A DNA stretch of 64,000 nt, taken from assembly GCA_965230045.1 (NCBI GenBank), contig OZ245940.1, forward strand, positions 8,058 to 72,057. Direction: 5' to 3'. This document shows positions 9,910 through 19,722 of this stretch, one piece after another. The stretch is from Bacteroidales bacterium (GTDB lineage Bacteria; Bacteroidota; Bacteroidia; Bacteroidales; WRLA01). The notes under the pieces are model-generated. The model worked only from the letters and a program-made list of their open reading frames with translations. It was not told the DNA's origin and did no database searches. Both the position numbers and the translations under genes were made by a program. Position 1 is the first letter of the stretch. Every line of letters begins with the position of its first letter.

Positions 9910-11166
9910 TTATTTTGTTCTTGCTTTATTCCTTCCAGCCAAATAAAGAGGGCTCAACAGCAACATCAGCCCGGATACAATAATAATGGCTGTACCCGGT
10001 CCCCAGAGGTCGGCAAAAAAACCAATCAATGGCGCCAGCAAAGCAGCAACAACCGTTTCCGTTTGTCCGGCAGCCGATAAGGCCGTAGCCATGATGTCTT
10101 TTTCCAGTTTGTCTGATACATGGCTTATACCCATGGGCTTACGGATGTTTTCCACAATCATGATAATCATATAAACAAAAATTGCAGCCAGTTTAAAACC
10201 GGACAAATACAGAAAACCCGAAATTATGCCTGCACCAAGCCCGGCCAGTATGGAAATATTCAGTGGAATGCCGACATTGCGGAAACGGGAAGCAATTTTG
10301 CCCGAATAAAGCGATGCACGCGAAGTGAGCATATACAAAACGAAATAAGTAATCCCGATAATCGCAGCTGTTTTTTTCCCGGCATCATACCCGGCCAGAA
10401 ATGCTACGGGCGCAGTAATTGCCAGGCTTTTGATCAGCGGTTGCAGATAATCGCGTATCGCTTTATAATAACCTGTATAAACGCTGAGGTTCAGCATGGC
10501 GCGCAGTAGTTCCATGCGTTTAAATGATACGATAAAGTCTTTTCCTACAGCTTTGAATTTCTTTTTCAGGGCGCTAAATTTAAAATTCGTTTTGCCCTCA
10601 TCAAATGCCGGCGGATAAGAATAGAGCAGTATCAGGTCGATGAGATAAGGTATGATGGAAAACAGGAAGATCAAATCATAATTTCCTGTAATAAAAATGA
10701 TAAGTGCTGCAATGAGCGCCGAAAAAGCCGACCCGGCCTGCGACCACGAACGGGTGTGGCCGTAATAACTGATTTTCTGATCTTCCCAGCCTTTCATCTT
10801 CAAATATTGCAGAATCATGGCTTTATGCGTGCCCGAACGGAACGCATCGGCAAAGGCAAAAAGAACCACAGCCGCCGCAAAACCCCAGTAAGATTTTGAA
10901 ATATAATAAACCAGAAAGCTCAGGATATACAAAACAAAAGCCATCAGCATACTCCGCCTTCGTCCTACAGCATCCGCAAAAGCTCCGGCCGGGATTTCAA
11001 AAATGTTTCTCAGGATTTCGCGCAAAGTATAAAGGCTCCCGATTTCTACATAGCTCAAGCCCCGGCCCAGCAAAAAAAGGATATAAAAAGGCTCAAAAAA
11101 CCTCAGGTTCTTAAAAAAGCCATAAAGGCTGAACTTATAATATTGCCTGTCTTTTTGAAAACGCAT
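9910..11166 (-). CDS. MFS-type transporter
   Basis: 418 aa with about 12 predicted hydrophobic helices. The loop motif ...GAFADAVGRRRSM after TM2 is typical of MFS proteins. Confidence 0.75.
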   Translation of the reverse strand: MRFQKDRQYYKFSLYGFFKNLRFFEPFYILFLLGRGLSYVEIGSLYTLREILRNIFEIPAGAFADAVGRRRSMLMAFVLYILSFLVYYISKSYWGFAAAVVLFAFADAFRSGTHKAMILQYLKMKGWEDQKISYYGHTRSWSQAGSAFSALIAALIIFITGNYDLIFLFSIIPYLIDLILLYSYPPAFDEGKTNFKFSALKKKFKAVGKDFIVSFKRMELLRAMLNLSVYTGYYKAIRDYLQPLIKSLAITAPVAFLAGYDAGKKTAAIIGITYFVLYMLTSRASLYSGKIASRFRNVGIPLNISILAGLGAGIISGFLYLSGFKLAAIFVYMIIMIVENIRKPMGISHVSDKLEKDIMATALSAAGQTETVVAALLAPLIGFFADLWGPGTAIIIVSGLMLLLSPLYLAGRNKARTK

Positions 11167-11475
11167 AAGCTAATGGCAAAGATAATTGATTGGTACAGCT
11201 GCAAAAGAACAATATTAATGTTTTTAAGCGGTTATTTTTTGGAGAACAATATGTTTATGCCATTGTTAATTTTATTGGTACTACACGGAATTTTGTGAAA
11301 TGGAAAAATTAGGAATCTGTGAAAGTCTTTGGCTATTTGTTAAAAAGTACTGCAAACTCACTGCATAGCTCTAATAACAATCAAATGTTTTCAAGCTGCC
11401 TGCGAAATGCCGAGTAGAATAATTTCATAAAAAACCGAAACGGAAAAGACATTAAAAACTTTAATACACAAACAT

Positions 11476-12636
11476 ATGAACAACTTCCAGCTTTATAATC
11501 CGGTGCGCCTTGCTTTTGGCAAAGGCCAAATCAGCAATATGGGCAAAATGTTGCCCAAAGGTGCACGCATCCTCATCACCTATGGTGGAGGCAGCATCAA
11601 GCGTAATGGCGTATATGATGCCGTGGTGGAACAACTGAAAGGTTTTGAATATTTTGAATTTGGGGGCATTGAGCCAAATCCGCATTTTGAAACGCTGATG
11701 AAAGCCGTGGAGCTGATTAAAAAAGAAAAGCTCGATTTTATCCTTGCCGTTGGTGGCGGATCGGTAATCGACGGAAGTAAATTTGTAGCACTCGCCGCGA
11801 ATTTTGAAGGTGATGACCCCTGGGATATCCTGAGCAAATCAGCGCCTATAAAATCGGCAATGCCATTGGGCGCTGTGCTGACACTTGCCGCTACAGGTTC
11901 GGAAATGAACGGAAACTTTGTGGTAACTAAAGCCGAAACCCGCGAAAAACTGGCACGGGGCTCTGAACTGGTGTATCCGGTTTTTTCCATTCTCGACCCG
12001 GAATATACCTATACCCTTCCTATGCGACAGGTAGCCAATGGCATTATCGACAGCTATGTGCACACCATGGAACAGTACCTGACTTACAAAAACGGAGCCG
12101 ATCTTCAGGACAGCCTGGCCGAAGGCATTCTGCGCAGCCTGATTGCTGAAGGTCCAAAGGCAATGCAAGCCGATGAACCTGTTTATGAAAACCGGGAAAA
12201 ACTCATGTGGGCAGCAACACTGGCGCTCAACGGACTGCTGAGCTGCGGAACTATTGGCGACTGGGCCACACATATGATCGGACATGAGCTTACAGCACTT
12301 CATGGCCTCGACCATGCCGTAACTTTGGCCATTGTAATGCCGGGTGTACTCGAATTTACCATGAAAAAGCGTAAGGAGAAATTACTGCAATATGCCACAA
12401 CAGTGTGGAATATCACGGATGGTGACGATGAAAGCCGATGCAAACAGGCCATTCAGAAAACCGAAGAGTTTTTCAATGCATTGGGCGTAAAAACCCGTTT
12501 GGGCGATTATGGCATAATGGAAGACACCATTGATGAAATTCTGAAACGTTTCCGCGACCGAGGATTTGAATTTATTGGCGGCGCAGGCGATATCCGCGCA
12601 GAGGATGTGGAAGAAATCCTGAAATCGAGATTGTAA
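11476..12636 (+). CDS. Iron-containing (group III) alcohol dehydrogenase, YqhD/butanol-dehydrogenase-like
   Basis: ...ILITYGGGSIKRNG...AVGGGSVIDGSKF... and His-rich metal-site motifs (...HMIGHELTALHGLDH...). 386 aa. Confidence 0.85.
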   Translation: MNNFQLYNPVRLAFGKGQISNMGKMLPKGARILITYGGGSIKRNGVYDAVVEQLKGFEYFEFGGIEPNPHFETLMKAVELIKKEKLDFILAVGGGSVIDGSKFVALAANFEGDDPWDILSKSAPIKSAMPLGAVLTLAATGSEMNGNFVVTKAETREKLARGSELVYPVFSILDPEYTYTLPMRQVANGIIDSYVHTMEQYLTYKNGADLQDSLAEGILRSLIAEGPKAMQADEPVYENREKLMWAATLALNGLLSCGTIGDWATHMIGHELTALHGLDHAVTLAIVMPGVLEFTMKKRKEKLLQYATTVWNITDGDDESRCKQAIQKTEEFFNALGVKTRLGDYGIMEDTIDEILKRFRDRGFEFIGGAGDIRAEDVEEILKSRL

Positions 12637-12650
12637 GTGATTTTTATTTT

Positions 12651-12986
12651 GGTTCTACTAGGAATTTCGTGGGTAACAATAATGGTTGAAAATAATATGC
12701 AGATATTTATTAATAAACTATTGATCCCTAGCAGATTCCTCCCTTCACAAAGCCTTAATCACTTCGTTTGGCTTTGTTTCGATCGGAATGACGCTGTTTA
12801 TTAGGCGTTTAAGGCAAATGCGGCGAGGACACAATAATATATTTAAAACGCGTCCTCGCCGCATTTGCCTCCTGACTCCATAAAAATGTGTCATTCCGAC
12901 AAAGTTTCCGAAGTATGAGGAAAACTTTGGAGGAATCTGTTTGAAATAGCATTCTAATTTCTTTCCACGAAATTCCATGTAGAACC
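12651..12986 (+). repeat. Nested-palindrome MITE-like element, family 1, copy A
   Basis: Termini GGTTCTACTAGGAATTTCGTGG / CCACGAAATTCCATGTAGAACC. Inner pairs are CAGATTCCTCC/GGAGGAATCTG and CGGAATGACGC/GTGTCATTCCG. The apical hairpin is AGGCAAATGCGGCGAGGACAC...GCGTCCTCGCCGCATTTGCCT. Confidence 0.85.
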
Positions 12987-12998
12987 TGATTTATAAAG

Positions 12999-13033
12999 AA
13001 AGGCGCAGGTTTTCTCCGCGCCTTTTCTTTTTA
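12999..13033. terminator. Bidirectional terminator between convergent genes
   Basis: AAAGGCGC(12999-13006)/GCGCCTTT(13018-13025) stem. It is T-rich on the + strand and flanked by an A-rich tract that reads as a T-rich tail on the - strand. Confidence 0.6.
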
Positions 13034-13050
13034 TTGAATATCATAAAAAC

Positions 13051-14550
13051 CTATCGAACCATTAATTTAGCCGTGGCCCGGTGTTTTTTCCTGATGTTTG
13101 CATCTATGATGTATGTTCCGCTTGGCAAGTCGTTTATATCAAGCATGATACTGCTTTGCGGATGGCTGACAGACCATTCTTTAACCAGCCGCCCCTCTAA
13201 GGAATAAATGGAAATACTTTCAATTTCCCCATCGCTTTCAATGGAAACACTTTGGTTGGCCGGGTTGGGCTTAATGATGAGCTTTTCATTGTTTGTCTTT
13301 AATTGCTGCAAACCTGTTGATGTATTCACAAAAGGCACAAAATTAGTGTATAAAGCCCTCGCTGCCGGATGCCAGACTTTTTTTGCGGTATCGAACTGTA
13401 TTCTGTACAAGCTCTCCAGAGATCCTTTATAATAAGTCCAAACGCAGCTGTCAAGATAATCCAGCACAAGTGGGTCTTCGTGCTTGTCCCGGAAATAGCG
13501 TGTGTACTTACGTTTGTTCCCATCCTCATAATTCTCCAATCGTATCGTAAGATACAGATAGGGAATGGCTACTGTATCCCCTTCATTATAATAGAATGAA
13601 TAATGATAAAGCTCTTCTTCGTTATTATAGTGATAGTAGTTTGAATCAACATATATTGGGTAGTATTTATCCCCAAACCACCAGTTTATATTCCTTGTTT
13701 TTATTCTGTTTTTGTAGTTGTTGATATAAGTATTGAAAGTGTACCACTCATTATTGGTATAATGATAAGTGGGCTTCCAATAATACTGATTGTTGGTGTC
13801 CAATGTCCATGAATACCAATAGCTTTCCTCGGGTTGTCCCTGTTCATTATTAATAAAATTGGCCAGAACTTTGGTCTCCCATTTTTTGGTATAAATATTA
13901 TATTGAAAGTATTTCAGGCTATCAACAACATCATCATCTCCAAAATAATTGACCCATTTGTACGACCATGTGGTATCCCAAATCCCGTCCTTAATTTCAA
14001 AAAGGGTCGATTGCAAATATTCCAATGTATCAACAAATACATCAACACTGGCAACCGAATCGCGCCAATTGTTTAAGGTATTGTCCCATGCCTGAACCAG
14101 CGTTGTGTCCGTATTGCCGAACTGATCAAAAAAGTAAAGACCTCTATACAGCTTTACCCATTTCGAATTAGTTTTATTGTAATTATAATAAGTATCAACA
14201 GTTTTTCGCTGGGATTCGTCATATTCATGCGATAATTTTTGCAGGGAATCTCCTGTGGCATAATCTATATGGATTTGATCTTTCCATAAAGCAACATCAT
14301 TGTATTCGAGCGCAATAACAAGTGGGTCATGACTGAGTTCGCTGCCGTCCCATAACCAGAGGTCGTATTGTTTTGGCAGCCAGATGGTGTCTGACCGTAA
14401 TTTGCATTTTTTTAAATAGTCCTGAATGCTCGGCAGAGCAGAAGAATTATCTATTTGTGCGTTTTTTTGCAAGCCTCCATAGTATTGAGATTGTGCCAGC
14501 AAGGGGATCAAAATGAAAATCAAGGCTGTTGTAATAAATGGGTGTTTCAT
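13051..14550 (-). CDS. Secreted Tyr/Trp/Asn-rich protein with a T9SS C-terminal sorting domain
   Basis: Signal peptide MKHPFITTALIFILIPLLAQSQ. The C-terminus ...IKPNPANQSVSIESDGEIESISIYSLEGRLV...LPSGTYIIDA fits a Por_Secre_tail. Confidence 0.75.
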   Translation of the reverse strand: MKHPFITTALIFILIPLLAQSQYYGGLQKNAQIDNSSALPSIQDYLKKCKLRSDTIWLPKQYDLWLWDGSELSHDPLVIALEYNDVALWKDQIHIDYATGDSLQKLSHEYDESQRKTVDTYYNYNKTNSKWVKLYRGLYFFDQFGNTDTTLVQAWDNTLNNWRDSVASVDVFVDTLEYLQSTLFEIKDGIWDTTWSYKWVNYFGDDDVVDSLKYFQYNIYTKKWETKVLANFINNEQGQPEESYWYSWTLDTNNQYYWKPTYHYTNNEWYTFNTYINNYKNRIKTRNINWWFGDKYYPIYVDSNYYHYNNEEELYHYSFYYNEGDTVAIPYLYLTIRLENYEDGNKRKYTRYFRDKHEDPLVLDYLDSCVWTYYKGSLESLYRIQFDTAKKVWHPAARALYTNFVPFVNTSTGLQQLKTNNEKLIIKPNPANQSVSIESDGEIESISIYSLEGRLVKEWSVSHPQSSIMLDINDLPSGTYIIDANIRKKHRATAKLMVR

Positions 14551-15026
14551 AATCCTGAAATTAAAGTATATGGCCGGTTTTTAAACTTGTTCAAATCAAA
14601 TACTGGCCATATACTGGTTTATAAATAGTTGTTAATCAATCACTGCCGGATTTATATTGGTATAGAACTCCATATAAACGTCAGCTGTCAGGTTGATTTG
14701 ATATCCGATCCATTTGTAAGACCCTATTATATTCGTCATTAATTTAGTGCTTTTGGTTTTATTTCCTTCATTTCAATAAGGATACAAATCTATTATTAAT
14801 TTTAATATTATCAACATTTATTTATAATTAATTTTTCTATTTCGTCTATAATACAGATATACAGTAAGTTATGAATTAGTTTATTTTTTTTTATGTAAGG
14901 ATGTGTAAGTTTAAATATATAGGCTTTGGAAGGCCACAGTTTGTCATAACTGTCCTATAACATCAATATTGACAGGTGTTTATGAAAGGGTATGGAAGGG
15001 ACTTGTTAAGAAGGGCAGCCCGGGTC

Positions 15027-17105
15027 TTAAAACTTCATCCTCAATTGTACTTTCACTTCGCTTTTGTGGTTTCCTTCAATTTCATCTGTGCCGGAACCAA
15101 TGACCTCTTTATCAAAGAATACCGTTTGTGCAAAGCGTAGCCAGCAATCGAGCCAGTCGGTGGCATCCCATTTCAGCATGAAGTAGTAACGGTTGCCTTT
15201 ATCGTAATAAGCAGGAATGCTAAAGGCGTAGAGCACGTCGTTTTCGTAAGCATAAAGGCGCTCATCCCAGCTGTAGGTGTCAAAAATCGCATAGCGGAAA
15301 TAGAAATTCAAGGGAAGTTTATTGCTGCGCCAAACAATATCCTGATAAGCCAAAAATCCGTCGTGTTGTGGCGCTGTGCTTTTTTGGCAGGTCACGTATT
15401 CCACACGGCTTTTCATTTCAATTTCATCCGTTACCTGATAGCTGGCATGGAAGCGGTAGTTCCGTTGTAAAGTAGGATCGACCTGGTAAAAATACTCATT
15501 GTCTCCAAAAGACTGGTTGAGCCGGTTTTCCTTTTCGCGGAATTTCACATACATGGCCAAATTGCGGTTTGGGCTGTAGTTGAGCTGGATGAGGTAGTCG
15601 TGGCTGTTGGAAGGCGCATCCACACGATAGCGGAAAAAGGGAAAACGGACTATATCGGTGTAGGCCAGCAGTTTCCATCCGGCTGCCAAGTCGGCACGCA
15701 GACCGGCATATAAACCTTCTTCATTGCGGTTACCATCGCGGTCGCCAAAGGCATTGCTGAAAAAATTCTGATAATCTTTGTCGTAATGACGGTAAAGCAG
15801 CGAAAATCCAATTTCATCAATGGGCATGGTTTCTGCTCCTGCAAGAAAAGCTTTTCCGCCGTTTTCGCTGGTGGCGGCTTCACCAAAAAGGATCATTTTA
15901 TTGAACACCCAACGGAAATCCATACTGGCATTAGTGTTCTCATCGCCCCTGAAATCATAGAGTTTATATGGAGCAACATTGGGTTGCAGGGATTTATCGA
16001 AAGTGGTTTTAAAAGCCGTTGCGCCAATACTGAACCTTCCTGTATTGAAGGAAAGCCGTCCGCCGTAAACCTGCATGTTGAGGTTGCCTTTCTTGCTGAT
16101 TTCGGTCAATGTGCGGTGCAGTCCGGTTTCGTAAACAGTTGAAGCTTCGGATAAATCGAGGGTGTCCTCTTCCAAAACACTGGCATCCAGGTCACGGGTA
16201 GAGTAAAAACCGGTGATGGTGAATTTTCTTAATTCGAAACTTGCTGCGGCTCCACGCAGGAAACTGTACTCATTTACCGAATTATTGGGCGAAACTTCTT
16301 TTGCTCTTTTGTAAACTCCTGTTGCATCGGCACTTTTTCCAAATCCCAGTCCCGACCACATGCCCAAACCCTGACCAAAACGTAAATGATAGTCACCCAC
16401 AGCAAGCGCTTTAAGTTTCCAGGTGTTTTCTAAGAAAAGATGTGCGCTGTAAAAATCAAATCCTTTATCGTTTATTCCTTTAAAAAAGGGTTCGCCTGCA
16501 TCTTTATCGGCCACGATCCCGGCCTGAAATTTTCCTGGATATGTAAATTTATAGCGCATATAAAGGCGGTTTGGATCTCCTTCGTAATATCTCGATGGAT
16601 GTGCTAGTCGTAAAGAATCAGAAGCATCGGCATAGCCCGCCTGATCTTCCAAAATGCGCTGGTAACGCATCATAAGGCGGTGGCGGCCATAACGGGCAAT
16701 GGTTTTGGCATTTGTTTCTTTTTCTTCCTGTTCCAGGATGATGAAATGACTGATCAACTCAGCCTTCTCGGGTGTAATGCCTTCGATGGCAGCCAGTTCG
16801 TATTTGGAAAGCATCTCGCCATTTTGGTGGATATAGGCAATGATGCGGTTGATTTCCATTTCATTGAGAAAAAACAGCCGTTGAAGTTCTTCCGGATCAG
16901 CAAGATTGAGATTTACCGGGTGTAAAATGAGTTCTTCCACGGCACTGAGCAGGTCGGAATAATCAAGCGCAGCATCGGTTTGCTCGGTCAGGGCTTCAAT
17001 TTTTTCTACGAGCAGTTCGCGTGCCGCTTTATTGTCTTCCTGCGCATAAGATGCAACAAGAAAAAATATAGAAAGGAAAATTGTTATACCGGTTCGTTTC
17101 ATCAT
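15027..17105 (-). CDS. Helix-hairpin-helix (ComEA-like) domain fused to a large predicted outer-membrane beta-barrel
   Basis: Signal peptide, then ...VNLNLADPEELQRLFFLNEMEINRIIAYIHQNGEMLSKYELAAIEGITPEKA (HhH pattern). The remaining about 550 aa show alternating aromatic/hydrophilic beta-strand periodicity and end in ...VQLRMKF. Confidence 0.6.
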   Translation of the reverse strand: MMKRTGITIFLSIFFLVASYAQEDNKAARELLVEKIEALTEQTDAALDYSDLLSAVEELILHPVNLNLADPEELQRLFFLNEMEINRIIAYIHQNGEMLSKYELAAIEGITPEKAELISHFIILEQEEKETNAKTIARYGRHRLMMRYQRILEDQAGYADASDSLRLAHPSRYYEGDPNRLYMRYKFTYPGKFQAGIVADKDAGEPFFKGINDKGFDFYSAHLFLENTWKLKALAVGDYHLRFGQGLGMWSGLGFGKSADATGVYKRAKEVSPNNSVNEYSFLRGAAASFELRKFTITGFYSTRDLDASVLEEDTLDLSEASTVYETGLHRTLTEISKKGNLNMQVYGGRLSFNTGRFSIGATAFKTTFDKSLQPNVAPYKLYDFRGDENTNASMDFRWVFNKMILFGEAATSENGGKAFLAGAETMPIDEIGFSLLYRHYDKDYQNFFSNAFGDRDGNRNEEGLYAGLRADLAAGWKLLAYTDIVRFPFFRYRVDAPSNSHDYLIQLNYSPNRNLAMYVKFREKENRLNQSFGDNEYFYQVDPTLQRNYRFHASYQVTDEIEMKSRVEYVTCQKSTAPQHDGFLAYQDIVWRSNKLPLNFYFRYAIFDTYSWDERLYAYENDVLYAFSIPAYYDKGNRYYFMLKWDATDWLDCWLRFAQTVFFDKEVIGSGTDEIEGNHKSEVKVQLRMKF

Positions 17106-17917
17106 CAGAATGTATAAATAAGTGAAACAGAAGGCGAATACCCGAGTGTGGAATGGATTCCTGTGCCGAAATCAATTTGCAGTTTTTTCAGCATCAGGCC
17201 GAAGCCAAAAGTATATTCTGAAGGGTTTGTGATAAATCCGGCGCGGGCATAAAACCCTTTCCCAAAGAGGTATTCCATTCCAAAATGTGCGCGGGCGCCA
17301 AAATCTTCCTGCTTGCTGACTTCTGCGGCAGCTGTAAAATTGGAGCTGATGGCATAGGATATTCCGAGGCTGTACTCCAAAGGAATGCGTTCGTCGGCAT
17401 AATCGGATATTTTTGTGCGTACCGGATTATAGACTTGTGCGCCGAGTGTAATTTCATTGCTCAGCTTTGCCAGAATACCGGCTTCGAAAGTAATGGCCGA
17501 TTTGCTGCCGTATTCCTGAGCCAGGCTAAACCGCCAGAAATCAAGTTGCAATCCGAAGGAAAACCGCTCGCCAAAACTGCGTGCATAGGCCAGTCCTGCT
17601 TTTATTTCATTGTAGTTTGCATTGCCGAAATGATAAAAACTACCTCCGATTACACCAAATTTTGTTGGAACGGCCAGGCCGATAATCTGGTCGCTCAGGC
17701 TTCCCAGCAGATATCTGTTGGCAAAATGAACTCCCAAAGTAGTTCTTTCTATTCCGGCAAGCCCGGCCTGATTGTTATAAACCGACCAAAGCCCGTTTTG
17801 TGTCACACTGATGCCCCCCATGCCCATAGAGCGGGCGCCGGCAACCACTTTATCCCCGGAAGCAAAGGCCATCGCGGGAAGCAAAACAGACAAAAGAAGG
17901 GTGTAAATATGCTTCAT
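17105..17917 (-). CDS. Small outer-membrane beta-barrel protein (PorQ/PorP-like family is possible)
   Basis: Signal peptide MKHIYTLLLSVLLPAMAFA, the motif GARSMGMGG, beta-strand periodicity, and a terminal ...SVSLIYTF. It overlaps the downstream gene by 1 nt, suggesting an operon. Confidence 0.5.
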   Translation of the reverse strand: MKHIYTLLLSVLLPAMAFASGDKVVAGARSMGMGGISVTQNGLWSVYNNQAGLAGIERTTLGVHFANRYLLGSLSDQIIGLAVPTKFGVIGGSFYHFGNANYNEIKAGLAYARSFGERFSFGLQLDFWRFSLAQEYGSKSAITFEAGILAKLSNEITLGAQVYNPVRTKISDYADERIPLEYSLGISYAISSNFTAAAEVSKQEDFGARAHFGMEYLFGKGFYARAGFITNPSEYTFGFGLMLKKLQIDFGTGIHSTLGYSPSVSLIYTF

Positions 17918-18046
17918 ATTATTGTATTTCAACGTATTGTAATCTTAGTTCATATTAATTTCAAAAAGAACTTCAAAATTTTAGCACTAAATTACAATCT
18001 TTTGGCAAACAGTAAAAATTTACCAACAAAAATTAAAAAGAATTTA

Positions 18047-18387
18047 GGTTCTACTAAAAATTTTGTGAGTAATCATAATATTTGAGATTAAAACCATTCA
18101 GAGATATATTAATAGAATGTTAAAAAAAAACTTGAGTTCCAACAGATTCCTCCCTCCACAAAGCCTTGATCACTTCGTTTGGCTTTGTTTCGATCGGAAT
18201 GACGCTGTTTATTAAGCGTTTAAGGCAAATGCGGCCTGGTCACTGAGCGTAGTCGAAGTGCGCCGCATTTGCCCTCTGACGTTTTAAAACCCGTCATTCC
18301 GACAAAGTTTTCCGAAGCATGAGGAAACTTTGGAGGAATCTGTAGGAGATTTAACTTTTGTCTTTTCCACGAAATTTCAAGTGAACC
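18047..18387 (+). repeat. Nested-palindrome MITE-like element, family 1, copy B (alternative apical module)
   Basis: The basal arms match copy A (CAGATTCCTCC..., CGGAATGACGC...). The apex is replaced by GCGGCCTGGTCACTGAGCGTAGTCGAAGTGCGCCGC. Confidence 0.8.
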
Positions 18388-18477
18388 AGAATTTATTGTA
18401 GCACAGTTTTCCATTGAACAATCATCCTTTTGATTCATTGTGAGATTAGATTATCTTTGAATCAAATTATAGCGATT

Positions 18478-19140
18478 ATGAATACAGGCATTATACTTTC
18501 CTTCCTTAGTGAGCTCAAGCAGCACAACCACCGCGAATGGTTTCAGGAGCACAAAAAAGATTATCAGAAAGCCAGGGCTGAATTTGAAAATCTGATTACA
18601 GAATTGATTCCCGCATTGCAGCAGTTGGATCCTTCAGTGGGCGATATTGATATGAAAAGCAGTATTTTCCGGATTAACCGGGATATTCGGTTTTCGAAAA
18701 ACAAAGATCCGTATAAAACCAATTTTGGTTCGTTTATGGCACGTGGTGGGCGAAAAAGCATATTTGGCGGCTATTATGTGCAAATTGAACCGGATGCTTC
18801 TTTTATAGGTGGTGGTGTGTATTGCCCGCAAGGCCCTGCATTGAAAAAATTACGTACCGAAATTTACTATAATCCTGAAGAATTTAAGCAAATTATTGAA
18901 GAAGGGCAGTTTCAAAAGGTTTTTGGTGGGCTTGCCGAAATGGAAAAACTTAAAAAGGGCCCTGTAGGCTTCGACAAAAATTTTGAACACATGGATTTAT
19001 TGTTGCATAAAAATTATGTCACAATGCGTGCTTTGAGCCGCGACGAATTATTGTCAGAAAATTTAGTCCGGCTTATTTTGGAATCCTTTGCCGCTATGGT
19101 TCCTTTCAATTCTTTCCTGAACCGGGCTTTGGAAGATTAG
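18478..19140 (+). CDS. DUF2461 family protein (TIGR02453-like)
   Basis: ...HNHREWFQEHKKDYQKARAEF...FRINRDIRFSKNKDPYKTNFG...GGYYVQIEP...IGGGVYCP matches the DUF2461 pattern. The start is taken at MNTGIIL. Confidence 0.75.
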   Translation: MNTGIILSFLSELKQHNHREWFQEHKKDYQKARAEFENLITELIPALQQLDPSVGDIDMKSSIFRINRDIRFSKNKDPYKTNFGSFMARGGRKSIFGGYYVQIEPDASFIGGGVYCPQGPALKKLRTEIYYNPEEFKQIIEEGQFQKVFGGLAEMEKLKKGPVGFDKNFEHMDLLLHKNYVTMRALSRDELLSENLVRLILESFAAMVPFNSFLNRALED

Positions 19141-19193
19141 CATAAATGTACCCACCCGATGCGGACAACAAACAGGGCAGATTACAAAAAGAG

Positions 19194-19556
19194 GGTTCTA
19201 CTAGGAATTTCGTGGGTAACAATAATGTTTGAAAATAATATGGAGATATTTATTAATAAACTATTGATCCCTAACAGATTCCTCCCTCCCGATAATTATC
19301 GGGACAAAGCCTTAATCACTTCGTTTGGCTTTGTTTCGATCGGAATGACGCTGTTTATCAGGTGTTTAAGGCAAATGCGGCGAGGACACAATAGTATATC
19401 TTAAAGACGTCCTCGCCGCATTTGCCTCCTGACTTCAAAAAAACGCGTCATTCCGACAAAATTTTCCGAAGAATGAGGAATTCCGATAGCCATCGGAAGG
19501 AGGAATCTGTTTGAAATAGCATTCTAATTTCTTTCCACGAAATTCCGTGTAGAACC
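19194..19556 (+). repeat. Nested-palindrome MITE-like element, family 1, copy C
   Basis: Nearly identical to copy A. It carries an extra pair of short inserts (CCGATAATTATCGGGA / TTCCGATAGCCATCGGAA) placed symmetrically in both arms. Confidence 0.85.
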
Positions 19557-19722
19557 AAAAGAGTTGCATTTGTTTTAAAAAATACCTTATATTTGATAGC
19601 GATTACATTCAGAAAAGGAGCTAATCACAATCGTTTACTTCCATTGGATCAGATATACTGATACGTTCCGGTTTGTATGTAATAGCTCAACAATATGATA
19701 TATTAAACCAAAAAGCAAAATT

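Noticed and set aside
12745-12978. ORFs of 72-123 aa lie inside the palindromic elements (12745-12978, 18220-18438, 19159-19404, 57194-57430, 2341-2712).
   Set aside because: They lie entirely within inverted-repeat DNA. They appear on either strand depending on element orientation and have odd composition, so they are artefacts of the palindromes.
14551-15026. The 475-bp AT-rich gap with an 11-bp inverted repeat (AGTATATGGCC...GGCCATATACT) might hold an ncRNA or mobile remnant.
   Set aside because: It has no repeats shared with other parts of the window, no terminator and no recognisable RNA motif. It is most simply a promoter region for the minus-strand gene at 13051-14550.
17285-18085. 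Long antisense ORFs occur, such as the 266 aa at 17285-18085, and also 11839-12315, 21443-21892, 52801-53358 and 58256-58777.
   Set aside because: They are shadow frames opposite well-supported genes, with low-complexity or odd composition and no motifs.
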